Part shown: positions 1-9,363 of the stretch, one piece after another
How the letters are laid out: every line of letters begins with the position of its first letter
Position numbering within the stretch: the stretch's first letter is position 1
Assembly (NCBI GenBank): GCA_009781075.1
Contig: WQYU01000001.1
Span: forward strand, 5,373-69,372
Source of the DNA: Paludibacter sp.
GTDB taxonomy: Bacteria; Bacteroidota; Bacteroidia; Bacteroidales; Paludibacteraceae
Reading direction: 5' to 3'
Length of the DNA stretch: 64,000 nucleotides
Notes under the pieces: model-generated
Database searches by the model: none
Told to the model about the DNA's origin: nothing
Seen by the model: the letters and a program-made list of their open reading frames with translations, nothing else
Made by a program: the position numbers and the translations under genes

Positions 1-170
1 AAACAATTGACAAGCGCACAAAAGACATCTCGGGTTACGAAAAAGACATTGACAAGGCAAACGACAATATCAAAAAAGCAAAAAGTGATATTGAATCTTC
101 AAAAAAACAAATTGAAACATCCAAAGCTCTATTGCAAAAACAGCAGGACGAACTCAAAGCAATAAAATAA
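1..170 (+). CDS. 3' end of a coiled-coil protein (partial, start lies outside the window)
   Basis: Frame 3 is open from the window edge to TAA at 168-170. It translates to ...DIDKANDNIKKAKSDIESSKKQIETSKALLQKQQDELKAIK, which is K/E/Q-rich and heptad-like. A hairpin plus T-run follows. Confidence 0.5.
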   Translation, partial: TIDKRTKDISGYEKDIDKANDNIKKAKSDIESSKKQIETSKALLQKQQDELKAIK

Positions 171-190
171 TTATTACATATTGTTTTTTA

Positions 191-230
191 AAAAGGAACG
201 CCAAAAAAGGCTTTGTTCCTTTTTATTTTT
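191..230 (+). terminator. Rho-independent terminator
   Basis: aaaaggaacgcc-aaaaaa-ggctttgttcctttt stem-loop followed by a long T-run. Confidence 0.55.
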
Positions 231-291
231 TTTATTTTTTGGGAAAAAATAAAAAAAATATTGAAAATTAGCATATTATAAAAAAAAATTG

Positions 292-299
292 TACCTTTG
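292..299 (+). promoter_or_regulatory. Bacteroidota -7 promoter box (TACCTTTG)
   Basis: Matches TAnnTTTG, 45 nt upstream of the ATG at 344, in an AT-rich spacer. Confidence 0.45.
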
Positions 300-343
300 T
301 ACGCGATTATTTTTAGTAATTATTTTATCAATAAATTAATAAA

Positions 344-1441
344 ATGAATAAAACATTGATTTTACTATTTGTGGCGTTTATTTTGATTGTCGGATGCACG
401 AAAAACAAATTTTCAATAGAAGGAACTTTGCAAGATACGGCAAAATACAACGGCAAAACAGTTTATTTAAACGACCAGAATTATGTATCTTTCGACAGCA
501 CGGTTATCAAAGATGGAAAGTTCTCAATATCAACAGTGTGTGATAGCTCGCGTATAGCTTTTTTGACCATAGAAATCACGCCTTATAATTCTCCGGAGGT
601 TATTCCTTTTGTTTTTGAAACCGGAAAAGTGCAACTTGAAATTACAAACAATGATTTTATTTTGAGTGGAACACCGCAAAATGTTACATTACAACAATTT
701 GCCGAGACAGAATCAAATCTCTGGAAAAAACTCGGAAATTATAAAAGTCAGTTGCAATCGGATTCTACTATGGCAGACAGTTCGCGAATTTTGCTGACAA
801 GTCAGATGGAAGATCTTGTAAATCAAGAATATGGCGAAAAATCATTTGAACTGGTAAAGCAAAATGCAAATAATCCAATCGGAAAGTATATTTTTCTCAA
901 AACTTATTATTATTACGACCCACTGATGATTGATGAAGCGATTGGCTTAATGGACGAGAAAACAAAAAATACGGAAAAAATTAAGAGAATTATGGAAAAT
1001 AATGAATTGACAAAATCGTTGAGTAACGGAGCAAATTATATTGATTTTAAAGCGCTTACCCAGGATGGTGATACTCTTACGCTTTCCAATTTGGTCGGAA
1101 AAACCGACTATATGCTGTTAGATTTTTGGGCTTCGTGGTGCCCTGATTGCATGGCTGCAATGCCGGCGTTAAAGCAAATTTATGAAAAAAATAAAGGGAA
1201 ACTCGAAATATTGGGTATCTCTCTTGACGATGATAAAGAAAAATGGATTAAAAACGGAATAGAAAAATTCAATCTGCAATGGAAACAGGTAAGCAACCTT
1301 GCTTATTGGGATGACAATATTGCAAAAAAATATGCAGTTAGTTCAATCCCAAGTATTTTTTTAATTGATAAAAATGGGAAAATTATTGCCGCAAAAACCA
1401 CATTAAGTCATGTAAGAGCAATAATTTCGGAAACAAAATAA
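344..1441 (+). CDS. TlpA-family thiol:disulfide oxidoreductase lipoprotein (thioredoxin fold)
   Basis: Lipobox LIVGC near the N-terminus and a DFWASWCPDC CxxC thioredoxin motif. Length (365 aa) and architecture are typical of Bacteroidota AhpC/TSA-TlpA proteins. Confidence 0.88.
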   Translation: MNKTLILLFVAFILIVGCTKNKFSIEGTLQDTAKYNGKTVYLNDQNYVSFDSTVIKDGKFSISTVCDSSRIAFLTIEITPYNSPEVIPFVFETGKVQLEITNNDFILSGTPQNVTLQQFAETESNLWKKLGNYKSQLQSDSTMADSSRILLTSQMEDLVNQEYGEKSFELVKQNANNPIGKYIFLKTYYYYDPLMIDEAIGLMDEKTKNTEKIKRIMENNELTKSLSNGANYIDFKALTQDGDTLTLSNLVGKTDYMLLDFWASWCPDCMAAMPALKQIYEKNKGKLEILGISLDDDKEKWIKNGIEKFNLQWKQVSNLAYWDDNIAKKYAVSSIPSIFLIDKNGKIIAAKTTLSHVRAIISETK

Positions 1442-1462
1442 TTTTTTAAATAAAAAAAGATA

Positions 1463-1470
1463 TATATTTG
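1463..1470 (+). promoter_or_regulatory. -7 promoter box (TATATTTG)
   Basis: TAnnTTTG match upstream of the HU gene. Confidence 0.4.
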
Positions 1471-1527
1471 CAACAAAAAAAATGTAATAAATTAAAATTA
1501 AGTATAACCTATTAATAATTTTAAAAA

Positions 1528-1800
1528 ATGACAAAGGCAGACATTGTAAATGAAATCGCCCGAAAAACAGGCGTAGAAAAAGTAACTGTTCTTAGAACGG
1601 TTGAGGCATTTATGGAATCCGTTAAGGGTTCGTTAGCAAAGAAGAATAACGTGTATTTAAGGAGCTTTGGTAGTTTCATTATCAAAGAGCGTGCAAAAAA
1701 AACTGCGCGTAACATAACAAAAAATACATCTATCGTTATTCCTGCTCACAAGGTAGCAACTTTTAAACCAGCAAAATCGTTAGCTAATGCTGTAAGGTAA
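1528..1800 (+). CDS. HU/IHF-family DNA-binding protein
   Basis: 90 aa. MTKADIVNEIA...VYLRSFGSFIIKERAKKTARNI...IPAHKVATFKPAK is the canonical HU fold signature. Confidence 0.9.
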   Translation: MTKADIVNEIARKTGVEKVTVLRTVEAFMESVKGSLAKKNNVYLRSFGSFIIKERAKKTARNITKNTSIVIPAHKVATFKPAKSLANAVR

Positions 1801-1835
1801 ATTTTTTTCAGTTTTATAAAAAAGAAATTTGTAAA

Positions 1836-1925
1836 ATGCCGAGCGGGAAAAAGAGAAAAAGACACAAAATGTCTACGCACAAACGTAAAAAACGTCTTCG
1901 TAAAAATAGACATAAGAAGAAATAA
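1836..1925 (+). CDS. Small basic ribosomal protein, bS22-like (AURKAIP1/COX24-like; sometimes annotated THX)
   Basis: ATG at 1836 and TAA at 1923-1925. It encodes MPSGKKRKRHKMSTHKRKKRLRKNRHKKK (29 aa). It falls below the ORF-track length cutoff. Confidence 0.72.
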   Translation: MPSGKKRKRHKMSTHKRKKRLRKNRHKKK

Positions 1926-2126
1926 ACGTTTGTGTTCGAATGAATTAGTAGAGTAAAAACAAATATATTGATTGGAAGATCTTTATATTTGTTTTTCGCA
2001 CAAGCATACAAATCATTGATAAATCATTTGATAATCAATGATTTAGAATAACAAAAGTATTTTATAGACATTTTTTTGTTTATAAAAGTACTGTTTTTAT
2101 TAATAATATAAATTTAGGAGAGAAAC

Positions 2127-3707
2127 GTGAATAGCGAATTAATTGTAGATGCACAAGCATCAAGAATTTCCATCGCGCTCACTGAGGACAAAAAATTAAT
2201 AGAACTCAACGAAGAAGCACGTACAGAGCAATTTTCGGTAGGTAATATTTATTTGGGAAAAATAAAAAAGATTATGCCCGGACTCAATGCGGCGTTTGTA
2301 GATGTGGGTTACGAAAAAGACGCTTTTCTACATTATCTTGATTTAGGTCTGAATTTCAAGACTTTACAACAATTTACACAGCGGGTATTAGACGACCGGA
2401 AGCATATGCCTGTCATCACAAAAGTAAAAATGCTTCCGGAATTGGAAAAACATGGAAGCATAACAGAGGTTATTGCTTCAGGACAGGAAATACTTGTACA
2501 GATAGCCAAAGAGCCGATTTCAACCAAAGGACCGCGTTTGTCAGCGGAAATTTCAATAGCAGGACGCTTTTTGATACTTATTCCATTTGCGGATAAAATT
2601 TCTGTTTCGTCAAAAATCAGCAGTAACGCCGAGCGTGCGCGTTTACGACAACTCGTGCAAAGTATTAAACCAAAGGGATTTGGAGTAATTATTCGCACTT
2701 CGGCAGAAGATATTAGAGTTGCCGAACTTGATGGAGAACTCAAATTGCTGCTTAAACGATGGGAAGAGTCGATAGCAAAAATACAACGTTCTAAAGGCGT
2801 AACGCTCATTCACGAAGAAATGGGACGAGCCGTTGGGTTGATTCGAGATTTGTTTACACCTGATTTTACGAATATTTATGTTAATGATACAGAAATATTT
2901 AATGAAATAAAACAGTATGTTGAACAAATTGCGCCGACACAAAAAGACATTGTTAAACTGTATAAAGACGAACTGCCGATTTTTGACCATTTTAGTATTA
3001 CCAAGCAGATAAAATCGTCTTTTGGTAAAACAATTTCGCTAAAAAAGGGGGCTTATTTGATAATAGAACGCACTGAGGCACTCTATAGTATTGATGTAAA
3101 TAGTGGCAATCGCTTGATTTCGACAACCGGTCAAGAAGATAATGCGATGGAAGTTAATCTCGCTGCCGCCGACGAAATTGCACGTCAACTGCGTCTGCGT
3201 GATATGGGAGGAATTATTATCGTTGATTTTATTGACCTCCATAAATCGGAAAATCGCAACGCCTTGGTAAATCGAATGCGTGAAAATATGGAAGATGACC
3301 GCGCCAGACATAATATTTTGCCTTTGAGCAAATTCGGTGTCATGCAAATTACACGTCAAAGAGTGCGACCCGCTGTAGAAATCTTGGTGGAAGAAACCTG
3401 TCCGACATGTTTGGGAAAAGGGAAAATACGACCTTCAATTCTCTTTATAGACCAATTGGAAAATAAAATAGAATTATTGGTTAATAAATTGAAAGTCAAA
3501 GAGTTTGTGTTACATATTCATCCGTTTGTTTATGCTTATATTTCAAAAGGAATTTTTTTTACAAGTATAAAAAGTAAATGGAAACGCCAGTTTTTATATA
3601 AAGGAAAAATTATTCCTTCCGAAAAGCTTGGATTTTTGCAATATAAATTTTATGACAAATTTGGAGCTGAAATAGACCTTCAAGAAGAAGTAGAAAAAAT
3701 TTCGTAA
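2127..3707 (+). CDS. rng: Rne/Rng-family ribonuclease (RNase G-like)
   Basis: GTG start. S1 domain (GNIYLGKIKKIMPGLNAAFVDVG), the catalytic region ...IDVNSG..., and the IIVDFIDL motif. Confidence 0.9.
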   Translation: MNSELIVDAQASRISIALTEDKKLIELNEEARTEQFSVGNIYLGKIKKIMPGLNAAFVDVGYEKDAFLHYLDLGLNFKTLQQFTQRVLDDRKHMPVITKVKMLPELEKHGSITEVIASGQEILVQIAKEPISTKGPRLSAEISIAGRFLILIPFADKISVSSKISSNAERARLRQLVQSIKPKGFGVIIRTSAEDIRVAELDGELKLLLKRWEESIAKIQRSKGVTLIHEEMGRAVGLIRDLFTPDFTNIYVNDTEIFNEIKQYVEQIAPTQKDIVKLYKDELPIFDHFSITKQIKSSFGKTISLKKGAYLIIERTEALYSIDVNSGNRLISTTGQEDNAMEVNLAAADEIARQLRLRDMGGIIIVDFIDLHKSENRNALVNRMRENMEDDRARHNILPLSKFGVMQITRQRVRPAVEILVEETCPTCLGKGKIRPSILFIDQLENKIELLVNKLKVKEFVLHIHPFVYAYISKGIFFTSIKSKWKRQFLYKGKIIPSEKLGFLQYKFYDKFGAEIDLQEEVEKIS

Positions 3708-3748
3708 CAGATTCTAATTCAGCCAAATATGCTGATTAGATTATGAAT

Positions 3749-3779
3749 AACTCAAAAAAGCATTTCTCTTTTTTGAGTT
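3749..3779. terminator. Bidirectional hairpin between convergent genes
   Basis: aactcaaaaaag / cttttttgagtt 12-bp stem, flanked by A- and T-runs. It overlaps the dacB stop codon. Confidence 0.5.
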
Positions 3780-5226
3780 ATTTTTTTGGAAGATTGTTGT
3801 AAATTTTCAACAGTAATTTTTCAATTTCCGCAGTAACCTCACTTGATGAGCAATTAGCATTATTCACCAGAACGGCAAAAGAATATGTTGTACCGTTCTT
3901 AACATCAAGATATCCTGCATAGCAGCGCACATTGGAAATCGTACCGCTTTTCATACGCACTTTACCTGCTAAAACACTATTTTTCAACACGTTTTTAACA
4001 GTACCTTCTCTTCCTACCGCAGGCAACGAATATTTGAATTGCAACCCATATTTGCTTTTATTTTGCATATAATTTAATAGCGAAACGATGAAATTTGCAG
4101 AAACTCCATTTTTGGGCGATAAACCGGAGCCATCACACATAATTAATTGTTCTACAGGCAGTTGTTTGTTTTTCCAAAATTGTTTTACAACAGCCGTAGA
4201 ATTTGCAGAAGTAGAAATATCGTATTTTGTCAGTGCCAACTGCTTAAAAATATGTTCGGCAAAATGATTGTTACTTACAAAATTTGTAATATTAATAATG
4301 TCAATCAGTTTTGGCGAAACACGTTTGTATAGTAAAATAGGAAAATTACTTGCCATTGTCATCAAAAAATCATTATTTTCTACCAAAATATTATTGTTTT
4401 CTAATGTCTTAATAAATTCGGAACGCAAAACATCTGCAGGATGCGGCATGCTACCTTTTATAGAAAAAATAGCTCTATTTTCAGGAATTGTACCGTAAAG
4501 TTCTAAATTATAGCTCATTGGCAAACTGCAAATGTATGCATTGTCGCTTTTGTTTTTAGAAGAGAGTAAATAATTAGCAAAGTGCAACCCCTCAATATTT
4601 GGAATTGTACGCAAAATTTGTGGCTGAGTACCTGCCGTATCTGATTTTAATTGTAAAACATAAGAATTATCTTTGTACGCAATTCCATAAACACCTGATG
4701 CATAATAATTTCCAACATCTTCCCAAAGCCAGCGCGAATTTACCGCATCCGTTTGGCTAAAACGCGATTCATCAATAATAATTGTACCTTTTACTATCTT
4801 TATTCCGGCATTTTTTACTGCTACTACCCACTCATTCAGAAAGTTATCACTTTCAAAATATGCCGAACCGAGAGTTGGGTCGCCATTGCCGCGAATAATC
4901 AAATTTCCATTGAGAATGCTGTCCGTTGTAGGAAGATTGTCCATTTCAAGTTTTGTAATAAATTGAAAATCAGGAGTTAATAATTCCAAGGCAGTAGCAG
5001 TTGTAATAATTTTCATCACTGATGCTGGAATGGTAAGATTGCAAGAACGATATTGAGCAACACTTTTGCCTGTGCGAGTTTCGGTCATCATAAACGAAAT
5101 ATTGGCTGGCAGAAAAATAGGATTTTCCGTAAATTCGGTAACTGCAATATTTTGCGCAAAAAATCTTGAGCAAAATATTGTAAATAAAACAGTTATAAAA
5201 AATATTTTATTTTGTTGATTTTTCAT
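3778..5226 (-). CDS. dacB: D-alanyl-D-alanine carboxypeptidase/endopeptidase (PBP4, peptidase S13)
   Basis: SVMK (SxxK), DGSGLS..N (SxN-like) and KSGT (KTG-like) motifs, plus a signal peptide. Confidence 0.85.
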   Translation of the reverse strand: MKNQQNKIFFITVLFTIFCSRFFAQNIAVTEFTENPIFLPANISFMMTETRTGKSVAQYRSCNLTIPASVMKIITTATALELLTPDFQFITKLEMDNLPTTDSILNGNLIIRGNGDPTLGSAYFESDNFLNEWVVAVKNAGIKIVKGTIIIDESRFSQTDAVNSRWLWEDVGNYYASGVYGIAYKDNSYVLQLKSDTAGTQPQILRTIPNIEGLHFANYLLSSKNKSDNAYICSLPMSYNLELYGTIPENRAIFSIKGSMPHPADVLRSEFIKTLENNNILVENNDFLMTMASNFPILLYKRVSPKLIDIINITNFVSNNHFAEHIFKQLALTKYDISTSANSTAVVKQFWKNKQLPVEQLIMCDGSGLSPKNGVSANFIVSLLNYMQNKSKYGLQFKYSLPAVGREGTVKNVLKNSVLAGKVRMKSGTISNVRCYAGYLDVKNGTTYSFAVLVNNANCSSSEVTAEIEKLLLKIYNNLPKK

Positions 5227-5412
5227 TATAAAAACTTTTCCTACAAAGGTACAATTTTTTTATAAAACAATAAAACAAAAACTTTTACAAAAAAAGAGAA
5301 AAAAGAAATTTTATTATAAACAAGATATAAAAAGTTAAAATCCAAAAATAAAAAAAATATTTGGAAATGGTTAAAAGATTTTTTTTATTTTGTATAAAAG
5401 TAAAAAATGTAC

Positions 5413-5420
5413 TAATTTTG
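5413..5420 (+). promoter_or_regulatory. -7 promoter box (TAATTTTG)
   Basis: TAnnTTTG match 21 nt upstream of the lgt ATG. Confidence 0.45.
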
Positions 5421-5440
5421 CCTGATAATTTTTTCAAAAT

Positions 5441-6295
5441 ATGTTAGCATCAATAACTTGGGATGTCAATCCCGAAATTTTCAGATTAGGATTTTTACAC
5501 GTGCGCTGGTATGGGCTGCTATGGGCATTGGCAATTTTGTCTGCATATTGGGTTGTTACCACAATTTTTAAATACGAAAAACGCCCTGAAGTGTGGAGCG
5601 ACAAACTTTTCCTTTACGGTGCAATAAGTTTGATTATTGGTGCGCGGCTGGGGCATTGCCTTTTATATGGTGGAGACAATGATTTTTGGTTTTATTACAA
5701 ACATCCTTTTGAAATAATAAAAATTTGGGAAGGCGGACTTGCCTCACACGGCGGTGCAATAGGACTATTGTTAGGAATGTGGCTTTATAATAAATATGTT
5801 GTAAAAAAGTCTTACCTGTATGTACTTGATAGATTGGTAATTGGTGTTGCCATTGGGGGAATGTTTATTCGTTTTGGAAATCTGATGAACAGCGAAATTT
5901 TTGGTGGAGCAACAACAATGCCATGGGGTTTTGAATTTCTAAGATCAGCAGAATGGCAACAAATAGGACTTCCTTGCCACCCTACGCAGATTTACGAAAT
6001 GACTTACTGCATTATAACTTTTATTATATGCATGCTAATGTATTGGAAATGGAAAAGTTACCGCCGTCAAGGTTTGATTTTCGGCGTGTTTTTAATAGGA
6101 ATTTTCCTCACTCGTTTTCTACTTGAATTTCTTAAACTAAATCAGGAAGATTTTGAAAATAACATGATTATAAATATGGGGCAAATACTAAGTTTACCTT
6201 TGATAATTTGGAGTATTTGTTTGATAATAAATGCTTTACGCAAGCCGTCAGAATTGCAGGATTTTGAAAAACCAAATTCCAAACAAGCAAAATAG
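5441..6295 (+). CDS. lgt: Prolipoprotein diacylglyceryl transferase
   Basis: VRWYGLLWA, GGLASHGG and HPTQIYE motifs in a polytopic membrane protein. Confidence 0.93.
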   Translation: MLASITWDVNPEIFRLGFLHVRWYGLLWALAILSAYWVVTTIFKYEKRPEVWSDKLFLYGAISLIIGARLGHCLLYGGDNDFWFYYKHPFEIIKIWEGGLASHGGAIGLLLGMWLYNKYVVKKSYLYVLDRLVIGVAIGGMFIRFGNLMNSEIFGGATTMPWGFEFLRSAEWQQIGLPCHPTQIYEMTYCIITFIICMLMYWKWKSYRRQGLIFGVFLIGIFLTRFLLEFLKLNQEDFENNMIINMGQILSLPLIIWSICLIINALRKPSELQDFEKPNSKQAK

Positions 6296-6363
6296 TAAAA
6301 TTGTAATTCATAAATCAAACAAACTATTTTTACAGTTTTTTTGTGTTCCTAAAAATAATATGT

Positions 6364-6407
6364 AAAAACAAATGCTTTGAAAAATTTTTCTCAAAGCATT
6401 TGTTTTT
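6364..6407. terminator. Bidirectional terminator hairpin
   Basis: aaaaacaaatgctttga / tcaaagcatttgttttt 17-bp stem with A/T-runs on both sides, between convergent genes. Confidence 0.65.
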
Positions 6408-6443
6408 TATCCCAACTATTGTTGTTCTCAGTATTCTAACCTC

Positions 6444-7226
6444 TTATTCGGAGTTAGCACTTTCTATTGCGCGCTTTGCAGCATCAGTCGCCTCCTGTAA
6501 TTGGTCGGATGTAATACCTTTTTCTTTCATTACACGGTCTTTGCATGCGCTGCAAAGTTCTGTAATGTTTTTTAACTCACGCGCTTGGGCAACTGTCCCC
6601 GAAAAAATATCGGTGGTTTTGCTCGTGTTGATATAACGGCAATCGTCATACAGGTGATATTTTGTACCCGATTTTGTCCAAAACACAAGATTTTGTCCTG
6701 TAAGCGCCTCGACTTCCGAAGTTTGTACTGCATATTGCTCTTGCGATGCGGGATGATAGTCTGCACTTGCTGCTCCTCCACCAACCATCATTGCTGTTGC
6801 AATGGCTCCTATAAGATATTCTTTCTTAACAAAAGCCAAAATCACAACTGGTAAAAAGCAAACAGCTGCCATAATTACACCCAACTGACTTTGAATTCCA
6901 AATAAAGCACTTGCTTTTGACGGTGGGTCCAAACGATTTGCTTTTTTCCAAAACGAAGACCCTGCAATCAAAAGAATCAAATCAATAACCAAAAAGATTA
7001 TCAATACAATACGTTTCCCTCCTGAAAGCGCGGTTTCGGGGTCTTTTTTGAACAGAATTGCCATTGCAACGATTTCCGCCACTATTGCTACAACCCACAA
7101 AAGAATAGCCAAAAGGCGATTTTGCTTTGCACCAGCTTTTGCCTCGGCTGTCGGGGTGAAAACTCTTTGAGAAGACAGCGGAGTTGAGCCGCCTTCAACT
7201 TGAATTACATTCTTTTTTGTTGCCAT
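6444..7226 (-). CDS. Hypothetical multi-pass membrane protein with a Cys-containing C-terminal soluble domain
   Basis: A 260-aa ORF with 4-5 hydrophobic helices and a C-terminal YHLYDDCRYIN...LCSACKDR region. I do not recognise the family. Confidence 0.65.
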   Translation of the reverse strand: MATKKNVIQVEGGSTPLSSQRVFTPTAEAKAGAKQNRLLAILLWVVAIVAEIVAMAILFKKDPETALSGGKRIVLIIFLVIDLILLIAGSSFWKKANRLDPPSKASALFGIQSQLGVIMAAVCFLPVVILAFVKKEYLIGAIATAMMVGGGAASADYHPASQEQYAVQTSEVEALTGQNLVFWTKSGTKYHLYDDCRYINTSKTTDIFSGTVAQARELKNITELCSACKDRVMKEKGITSDQLQEATDAAKRAIESANSE

Positions 7227-7484
7227 TTATTGCTGATTATTTAAAAATTATTTTTTTTAACATTGATAAATTACATTACAAAAAATGTACCAATCTTTTA
7301 AAAAACAAAACATTCGCACTGCAGAAAAATTTTTAAAAATTATTATATTCATTTGTAAATTAATTCATTAATTTATAAAAAATAATTTTTCATACTACAT
7401 TAAATATTATTACAATTTTTTTATCTATTATTAAGAAATAATTTTATACATTTGCAGCCGAATAATGTTGTGATAAATAGATTT

Positions 7485-8543
7485 ATGAAAACGAAAAATA
7501 ACATTAAAAATTCAGGGATTTTGTTGCTAATGAGTGCAATTTTTGCAGCATGTTCTATGCCTCACCATTTGCTTTACACAACGATTGATGTGTTGCGCCC
7601 TGCATCTATGGTTTTCCCTGAAAATATAAATAATTTGCTGGTTGTTAATAATTGCGTTCAACAACCGGAAACTCAGGGACACACACTTTCTCTGCTTAAC
7701 GACCAACCAAAGCCCATTAGCGTCAATACAGACAGTTTACCAATGTTTTTGCTAAGCGCACTAAACGAAGAAATTGAAGATAAAGGATTTTTTACGGATA
7801 ATGTATTGATTGTTAATAGTATAAATACTAGAGATGATTTTGCAAAAATTTCGCCGATTCTTCCTGCCCAGGTAAAAAATTTGATGGAACAAACAGGAAC
7901 AGATGCAATTTTATCGCTAAATAAACTTGAATTAAACGACCTATTAAGCGAAGGATACAATGTTTATACCAATGAATATGTTTTGGGATTGGATGCAATT
8001 TATAATTCGTATTGGACTTTACAATTTACTGATAATCAGCAAAATACACAAACTTTTATATTTCAGGATACCGTCTATTGGGAGTCGTCTTCGTACGATC
8101 GCCGACAACTGATAAACAATTTCCCCGATAGATATGACGCTTTAGTAGATGGTGCACTGTATGTTGGACAAAAAATGATTAATCGGCTTGTTCCTTACTG
8201 GGAAGAAAACGACCGTTATATTTTTGAAATCAACAATCCGATTGTGCAACAAGGCATGGATTCTGTAACCATACGCGACTGGACCGGAGCAATTTCTCTG
8301 TGGCAAAAAGCAGTTGAACAAACAGAAAAACCGAAAGAAAAGGCATTGATACAACACAATATTGCCGTTGCGCAAGAAATCTCTGGCGATTTGAGCGGAG
8401 CATTAAACATAATCAGCCAGGCGATTGTAAATTTTGGTTTGGGAGGCAATAAAAAAGACCTTAACACAATGCTTGATTTGAGAGATCAACTTTTGGAACG
8501 GATAAAACAACAAATCTTACTAAAAGAACAAATTGGAGAATAA
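7485..8543 (+). CDS. Hypothetical lipoprotein (TPR-like C-terminus)
   Basis: I start the gene at the in-frame ATG (MKTKNNIKN...), not the TTG at 7452. It has a signal peptide with AACS. Function is unknown. Confidence 0.65.
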   Translation: MKTKNNIKNSGILLLMSAIFAACSMPHHLLYTTIDVLRPASMVFPENINNLLVVNNCVQQPETQGHTLSLLNDQPKPISVNTDSLPMFLLSALNEEIEDKGFFTDNVLIVNSINTRDDFAKISPILPAQVKNLMEQTGTDAILSLNKLELNDLLSEGYNVYTNEYVLGLDAIYNSYWTLQFTDNQQNTQTFIFQDTVYWESSSYDRRQLINNFPDRYDALVDGALYVGQKMINRLVPYWEENDRYIFEINNPIVQQGMDSVTIRDWTGAISLWQKAVEQTEKPKEKALIQHNIAVAQEISGDLSGALNIISQAIVNFGLGGNKKDLNTMLDLRDQLLERIKQQILLKEQIGE

Positions 8544-8648
8544 TTTTTTTTTGAATTATGTTATGGTTGAGAATTTTTTCAAAAAAAGATACCAAAAAAG
8601 AGTTACACCGTAAAATGTAACCCTTCTTTTGTTAATATTTGCTTGATA

Positions 8649-8903
8649 TTAATCAAGTTTATTCACATGCAAGGTCAATTTTGATTTCAAATTACTTGCC
8701 TTATTTTTATGAATCACATGCTGTTTTGCAAGTTTGTCAAGCATTGACGAAACTTTTGGCAACATTTCTGTTGCTAAAGTTTTCTCGGTTGTTGCACGAA
8801 GTTTGCGAACTGCGTTTCGAGCTGTTTTGGCGTAATAACGATTGCGCAGTTGGCGTGTCTGAGTTTGACGAATTCTTTTTAATGCCGATTTATGATTTGC
8901 CAT
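8649..8903 (-). CDS. rpsT: 30S ribosomal protein S20
   Basis: [36 protein letters not shown] is the canonical bS20 N-terminus. Confidence 0.95.
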   Translation of the reverse strand: MANHKSALKRIRQTQTRQLRNRYYAKTARNAVRKLRATTEKTLATEMLPKVSSMLDKLAKQHVIHKNKASNLKSKLTLHVNKLD

Positions 8904-8963
8904 AATTTAATTTAAAATTTTGATTTGCAATGATTTAATCAAACGGTTTTTCCTTTATTATTG

Positions 8964-9035
8964 TAGCCCATAGGGGAGTTGAACCCCTCTTTCAAGAATG
9001 AAAATCTTGCGTCCTAGCCGATAGACGAATGGGCC
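8964..9035 (-). tRNA. tRNA-Glu (anticodon UUC)
   Basis: The reverse complement GGCCCATTCGTCTATCGGCTAGGACGCAAGATTTTCATTCTTGAAAGAGGGGTTCAACTCCCCTATGGGCTA folds by hand into a 72-nt cloverleaf. It has 7-bp acceptor, 4-bp D, 5-bp anticodon and 5-bp T stems, and the T-loop is TTCAACT. CCA is not encoded. Confidence 0.9.
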
Positions 9036-9332
9036 TAAAATCAATTTTTTTTAAAACGGCTGCGAAATTACTGCTTTTTTTTCATTCTGCAAAATATTTT
9101 TTAAAATATTCCATATTAAAATCTGTTTTGTGATAATTTATCGTCAAATTAAGGGTTTGATGAAGAATAGTGGGTGAAAATGAAATTCGTTGTGATATAT
9201 AGTAGAATATTCGAAATTCTTACCGACATTAAAAACATTTTTTAGAGACCCTTTTGTAAGAGGATAATACATCTTGTTTTATCCGAAAGCAGCAAAAGTA
9301 CAATAAAAAAAATATTATTCCCAAAAAAAACG

Positions 9333-9340
9333 TACTTTTG
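9333..9340 (+). promoter_or_regulatory. -7 promoter box (TACTTTTG)
   Basis: TAnnTTTG match 24 nt upstream of the ATG at 9364. Confidence 0.45.
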
Positions 9341-9363
9341 TTTTTTCATTCCAATAAAAAATA

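Noticed and set aside
2333-3359. Antisense ORFs inside the RNase G gene (2333-2809, 2643-2990, 3039-3359). Similar shadow ORFs lie inside dacB, the acyl-CoA ligase, the TBDR, LptD, eno, rocD, ftsK and other genes.
   Set aside because: They lie entirely within, and antisense to, long ORFs with clear family motifs. Their translations are low-complexity or Cys/Phe/Ile-rich with no recognisable motifs, as expected for AT-rich shadow frames.
6343-6636. 97-aa plus-strand ORF downstream of lgt
   Set aside because: It starts inside the bidirectional terminator hairpin and runs antisense into the 6444-7226 membrane protein gene.
7452-7484. Upstream alternative starts proposed by the ORF track: TTG 7452, TTG 57157, 16198 (MCNSK...), TTG 60343, 59356, 22887 and TTG 44537
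   Set aside because: In each case an in-frame ATG slightly downstream gives a canonical N-terminus (signal peptide, P-loop or Rossmann motif). In several cases it also lies downstream of the TAnnTTTG box, so I trimmed the features.
8906-9363. Search for additional RNA genes (tmRNA, RNase P, SRP, 6S, riboswitches) in the longer intergenic regions: 8906-9363, 14519-14760, 16448-16728, 37682-37995 and 41442-42052
   Set aside because: I found none of the conserved cores I can recognise by eye, such as the RNase P GGAAAGTCCGGGC-type block, the SRP GGAAGCAGCC block or the tmRNA tag region. Only tRNA-Glu is supported.
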